Source of the DNA: Candidatus Methylomirabilota bacterium
GTDB lineage: Bacteria; Methylomirabilota; Methylomirabilia; Rokubacteriales; CSP1-6
Length of the DNA: 10,815 nt
Direction: 5' to 3'
Assembly: GCA_046726415.1 (NCBI GenBank)
Contig: JBKPAK010000182.1
Location: forward strand, 1-10,815
Both the position numbers and the translations under genes were made by a program. Positions 7,389-10,815 of the stretch are shown here, one piece after another; the first letter of the stretch is position 1; the number at the start of each line of letters is the position of its first letter. Below the pieces are notes generated by a model that saw nothing but the letters and a program-made list of their open reading frames with translations, made no database searches and was not told the origin of the DNA.

Positions 7389-8194
7389 ACGGACGCGTCG
7401 CCGTGGCTGCGCGGCCGCCCATCGCCGCGGCTCATCTGCGCAAGGACGCCTGGTGGGCCCTGCCGGTCACCGTGGTCATTGTGCTGGGATCGTTCATCGT
7501 CTACTCGACGTGGGCGGCCTTCCAGAACGCCCACTACTACGCGGCCCCGTACCTGTCTCCCTTCTACTCGCCGTGTCTCACGAAGTCGTGCGCGCACCCG
7601 ACCTTTGGCGGGGGGATGCCCGACGTGTGGCTGCCCATCATCGGGATCGTGTCGCCCGCCTTGTTGATCCTGGGCGGGCCCGGACTCTTTCGCTTGACCT
7701 GCTACTACTACCGCAAGGCCTACTACCGCTCGTTCTGGCTGGCCCCGGCGGCCTGCGCGGTGCCCGACGTGAAGGCCGAGTATACAGGAGAGACGCGCTT
7801 CCCCCTGGTGCTCCAGAACTTCCACCGCTACACCTGGTACGTGGCGGTGTTCTTCATCGCGGTCCTGACCTGGGACGCCCTGCTGGCCTTTCGCTTTCCG
7901 GCGGCCGGCGGCGGCTGGCAGTTCGGGCTCGGCGTCGGCACCATCGTCATGTGGATCAACGTGATTCTTCTCGCGGGCTACACCTTCTCCTGTCATTCTT
8001 GCCGCCACGTGTGCGGCGGTCACGTCGATGTCTTCTCCAAGGCACCCGTTCGCTACGCGCTCTGGCGCTTCATCTCACGGCTCAACGAGCGACACCCGAT
8101 GTACGCGTGGCTGTCGCTGTTCAGCGTGGGTCTCACGGATCTGTATATCCGGCTGGTCTCCATGGGCGTCATTCGAGACCTGAGGATCTTCTGA
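7385..8194 (+). CDS. sdhC: Succinate dehydrogenase membrane anchor, mycobacterial Sdh1/Rv0249c-like (type F, predicted heme-free with membrane [2Fe-2S])
   Basis: 269 aa with several hydrophobic segments. Motifs YLSPFYSPC, FRLTCYYYRKAYYRSFW.AP.ACAV, YTGETRFPL.LQN.HRY, YT.SCHSCRH, SRLN.RH..AW.SL are recalled from the Rv0249c family. Lies directly upstream of sdhAB. ATGA overlap with fumarase beta, SD GGGAGG at 7375-7380. Confidence 0.88.
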   Translation: MNGRVAVAARPPIAAAHLRKDAWWALPVTVVIVLGSFIVYSTWAAFQNAHYYAAPYLSPFYSPCLTKSCAHPTFGGGMPDVWLPIIGIVSPALLILGGPGLFRLTCYYYRKAYYRSFWLAPAACAVPDVKAEYTGETRFPLVLQNFHRYTWYVAVFFIAVLTWDALLAFRFPAAGGGWQFGLGVGTIVMWINVILLAGYTFSCHSCRHVCGGHVDVFSKAPVRYALWRFISRLNERHPMYAWLSLFSVGLTDLYIRLVSMGVIRDLRIF

Positions 8195-8247
8195 TGGCAC
8201 AGCTCGACCACGGCATGAGGATCTTCTGATGGCACACCTCGAGTACG
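8181..8247 (+). repeat. Tandem duplication (35-bp period) of the sdhC-stop/sdhA-start junction
   Basis: TGAGGATCTTCTGATGGCACAgCTCGAccACG (8181-8212) versus TGAGGATCTTCTGATGGCACAcCTCGAgtACG (8216-8247): first 21 nt identical, 29/32 overall. Confidence 0.95.
8194..8229 (+). CDS. Putative 11-aa bridging mini-ORF (MAQLDHGMRIF*) between sdhC and sdhA
   Basis: ATG 8194 overlaps the sdhC TGA (TGATG) and has the same GAGG upstream as sdhA. Its TGA at 8227-8229 overlaps the sdhA ATG (TGATG). Translation is inferred. Confidence 0.55.
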   Translation: MAQLDHGMRIF

Positions 8248-10031
8248 AGACCCGTGAGCACGACGTCATCGTGATCGGCGCCGGCGGTGCTGGGCTGCGC
8301 GCGGCCATCGAGGCGGCGGCCCAGGGCGTCTCGGTGGGCCTGATCTGCAAGTCGCTCCTTGGCAAGGCGCACACGGTCATGGCCGAAGGCGGTATCGCCG
8401 CCGCCCTGGGCAACGTGTGGCCCGAGGACAATTGGCAGGTGCACTTCCGCGACACCATGCGCGGCGGGAAAATGCTGAGCAACTGGCGGATGGCCCAGCT
8501 GCACGCGCAGGAGGCTCCGGACCGCGTCCTGGAGCTGGAGCGGTGGGGCGCGCTATTCGACCGCACCAAGGACGGTCGCATCCTCCAGCGAGACTTTGGC
8601 GGCCACCGCTACGCCCGCCTGGCCCACGTCGGCGACCGCACCGGCCTGGAGATGATCCGCACGCTGCAATACCACGGCATCCACCAGGGCATCGACGTCT
8701 ACATGGAGTGCACGGTCAGCCGTCTCCTCAAGGACGGCGATCGGGTGTGCGGCGCCGTGGGCTACTGGCGCGAGAGCGGGCGTTTCGTGATCTTCAAGGC
8801 CAAGGCGGTGGTGCTGGCGACCGGCGGCATCGGCAAGGCGTGGAAGATCACGTCGAACTCCTGGGAGTACACCGGCGACGGACACTCGCTGGCCCTGTGG
8901 GCGGGGGCCGACCTGATCGACATGGAGTTCGTGCAATTCCACCCCACCGGGATGGTGTGGCCGCTGTCGGTGCGCGGCATCCTCGTCACCGAGGGCGTGC
9001 GAGGGGACGGCGGCACGCTCAAGAACAACAAGGGCGAGCGGTTCATGTTCAACTACATCCCAGAGTTCTTCAAGGGCGAGACGGCCGACAACGAAGCCGA
9101 GGCCGACCGCTGGTACGAGAACAAGAAGGACAACCGGCGCACCCCCGATCTCCTGCCTCGCGACGAGGTGGCCCGCGCCATCAACGCCGAGGTCAAGGCC
9201 GGGCACGGGAGTCCCCGCGGCGGCGTATTCCTCGATATCTGCAGCCGCCGCCCCGCCGACTACATTAGGAAGCGCCTTCCGTCGATGTATCACCAGTTCA
9301 AGGAGCTGGCCGGGGTCGACATCACCAAGGAGCCCATGGAAGTCGGCCCGACCTGTCACTATGTAATGGGCGGGGTGCGCGTAGACGCCGACAGCACTCA
9401 GGCCACGGTCCCCGGTCTCTTTGCCGCCGGCGAGGTCGCGGGGGGCTTGCACGGGTCGAACCGGCTCGGCGGAAATTCGCTGTCCGATCTCCTCGTCTTC
9501 GGCCGCCGCGCCGGGCTCCATGCCGCCCTCTATGCCAAGGACTTCGGCGGTCAGCTCACGGTGGACGCGGGCCAGGTAGAGTCGATTATCCGCGCGGCGC
9601 TGGCGCCGTTCGAGCGCGCCGGGGCCGAGAACCCGTACGCCATCCAGTCGGAGCTCCAGGAGACGATGCAGATCCTGGTCGGACTCATCCGCACGGAGGG
9701 CGAGCTGAAGGAAGCCCTCAAGCGGATCGAGAAGCTCAAGGAGCGCGCAGCCAAAGTCGGCGTCGAGGGCCATCGACAGTACAACCCTGGCTGGCACACC
9801 GCGCTCGACCTCGAGTCGCTCCTGACCGTGGCCGAGTGCTGCGCGGTGGCCGCGCTGGAGCGCACGGAAAGCCGCGGCGGACACACCCGCGACGATCACC
9901 CCTACACCGACGACCAGTGGGGCACGGTCAACGTGGTCCTCCGCCAGCGCAACGAGGCCCTGCAACTCACCCGAGAGCCGCTCCCCCAGATGCCCGCCGA
10001 ACTGAAGCAGCTCTTCCAGGAGAGGAAGTAA
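8229..10031 (+). CDS. sdhA: Succinate dehydrogenase/fumarate reductase flavoprotein subunit (Sdh1/Rv0248c-like)
   Basis: 600 aa. VIGAGGAGLRAA FAD motif, KAHTVMAEGG (covalent-FAD His), EFVQFHPTG, TEGVRGDGG, PRDEVARA, HYVMGG, HGSNRLGGNSL, R.ESRGGH. Confidence 0.96.
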   Translation: MAHLEYETREHDVIVIGAGGAGLRAAIEAAAQGVSVGLICKSLLGKAHTVMAEGGIAAALGNVWPEDNWQVHFRDTMRGGKMLSNWRMAQLHAQEAPDRVLELERWGALFDRTKDGRILQRDFGGHRYARLAHVGDRTGLEMIRTLQYHGIHQGIDVYMECTVSRLLKDGDRVCGAVGYWRESGRFVIFKAKAVVLATGGIGKAWKITSNSWEYTGDGHSLALWAGADLIDMEFVQFHPTGMVWPLSVRGILVTEGVRGDGGTLKNNKGERFMFNYIPEFFKGETADNEAEADRWYENKKDNRRTPDLLPRDEVARAINAEVKAGHGSPRGGVFLDICSRRPADYIRKRLPSMYHQFKELAGVDITKEPMEVGPTCHYVMGGVRVDADSTQATVPGLFAAGEVAGGLHGSNRLGGNSLSDLLVFGRRAGLHAALYAKDFGGQLTVDAGQVESIIRAALAPFERAGAENPYAIQSELQETMQILVGLIRTEGELKEALKRIEKLKERAAKVGVEGHRQYNPGWHTALDLESLLTVAECCAVAALERTESRGGHTRDDHPYTDDQWGTVNVVLRQRNEALQLTREPLPQMPAELKQLFQERK

Positions 10032-10792
10032 TGCCCACCTTCACCATGCGGGTGTTCCGCGGCGAGGGCGGGGTGGGCGGGTTCAAGGACTATCGCGTCG
10101 GGGCCGAGGAAGGAATGGTGGTCCTGGACCTGATCCATCGGATCCAGGCCACCCAGGCCAATGACCTCGCGGTGCGCTGGAACTGCAAGGCCGGCAAGTG
10201 CGGCTCGTGCAGCGCCGAGATCGACGGGAAGCCCCTCCTCATGTGCATGACGCGGATGGACCTATTCCGGGAGGACGAGCCGATCACCGTGGCGCCCATC
10301 CGCGGGTTCCCGCTGATCCGCGACCTCGTGGCGAACGTCTCGTACAACTACGAGAAGGCCAAGCAGGTCCCGCCCCTCCGGCTGAAACCCCCGGAGCCGG
10401 ACGGCACCTACCGGATGATGCAGGAGGACATCGAGCGCATCCAGGAGTTCCACAAATGCATCGAGTGCTTCCTGTGTCAGGACGTCTGCCACGTCATCCG
10501 CGACCACGAGGAGCACAAGAAGGTCTTCGCGGGCCCCCGCTTCTTCATCAAGGTCGCGGGGCTCGACATGCATCCGCTGGACACGGGCGACCGGAGCCAG
10601 TTCATCAAGGATGCGGCAGGTGTCGGGCTCTGCAACATCACCAAGTGCTGCACGGAGGTGTGTCCCGAACACATCCACATCACCGACAACGGCATCATCC
10701 CGCTGAAGGAGCGCATGGCGGACGAGTTCTTCGACCCGGTCGTGTGGCTCCTGCGAAAGTTCCGCGGCCAGAAGAAGCCCGCCGGCAGGTGA
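10031..10792 (+). CDS. sdhB: Succinate dehydrogenase/fumarate reductase iron-sulfur subunit (Sdh1/Rv0247c-like)
   Basis: Start corrected from 9836 to ATG 10031 (TAATG overlap with the sdhA stop), giving 253 aa. CKAGKCGSC...C [2Fe-2S], CIECFLCQDVC and CNITKCCTEVCP clusters. Confidence 0.95.
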   Translation: MPTFTMRVFRGEGGVGGFKDYRVGAEEGMVVLDLIHRIQATQANDLAVRWNCKAGKCGSCSAEIDGKPLLMCMTRMDLFREDEPITVAPIRGFPLIRDLVANVSYNYEKAKQVPPLRLKPPEPDGTYRMMQEDIERIQEFHKCIECFLCQDVCHVIRDHEEHKKVFAGPRFFIKVAGLDMHPLDTGDRSQFIKDAAGVGLCNITKCCTEVCPEHIHITDNGIIPLKERMADEFFDPVVWLLRKFRGQKKPAGR

Positions 10793-10815
10793 CGGGCGGG
10801 TGATCGCCCCGTGAA

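Noticed and set aside
8181..8247. Repeat considered as a mini CRISPR array or a target-site duplication
   Set aside because: Only two near-adjacent copies with a 3-nt gap, made of coding-junction sequence. No spacer, cas gene or inserted element.
1129..9965. Other long overlapping ORFs (1129-2469, 5568-6758, 8553-9965 on minus; 2022-2966, 3226-4242, 4252-5811, 6931-8229 on plus)
   Set aside because: Arg/Pro/Gly-rich alternative-frame or antisense products overlapping well-supported enzymes. Only the last 12 codons of 6931-8229 are retained, as the bridging mini-ORF.

Overview
High-GC bacterial window almost entirely filled by one co-directional (+ strand) TCA-cycle cluster. The order is: mitochondrial-type aconitase, NADP-type isocitrate dehydrogenase, LDH-like malate dehydrogenase, a VOC/glyoxalase-family gene, a two-subunit class I Fe-S fumarate hydratase, and a three-gene succinate dehydrogenase. 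The SDH membrane anchor resembles the heme-free mycobacterial Sdh1 ('type F', Rv0249c-like) anchor. Upstream lie the 3' end of a LinB/DhaA-like haloalkane dehalogenase (missed by the ORF track) and a small secreted protein. The enzymes are housekeeping, and the unusual signal is at the gene junctions. (i) Two independent, diverged tandem duplications of translation-initiation regions each create a mini-ORF directly before an Fe-S/flavo enzyme: MSIPETG* before acn, and MAQLDHGMRIF* bridging sdhC and sdhA through two TGATG overlaps. (ii) A 143-bp element with 34-bp inverted arms splits the two fumarase subunit genes and is followed by a hairpin that buries the SD and ATG of the beta subunit. (iii) A structured ~255-nt leader precedes aconitase. 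The host lineage cannot be fixed from sequence alone; Rokubacteria/Methylomirabilota is only a guess. All family assignments are from recalled motifs, and no searches were run.
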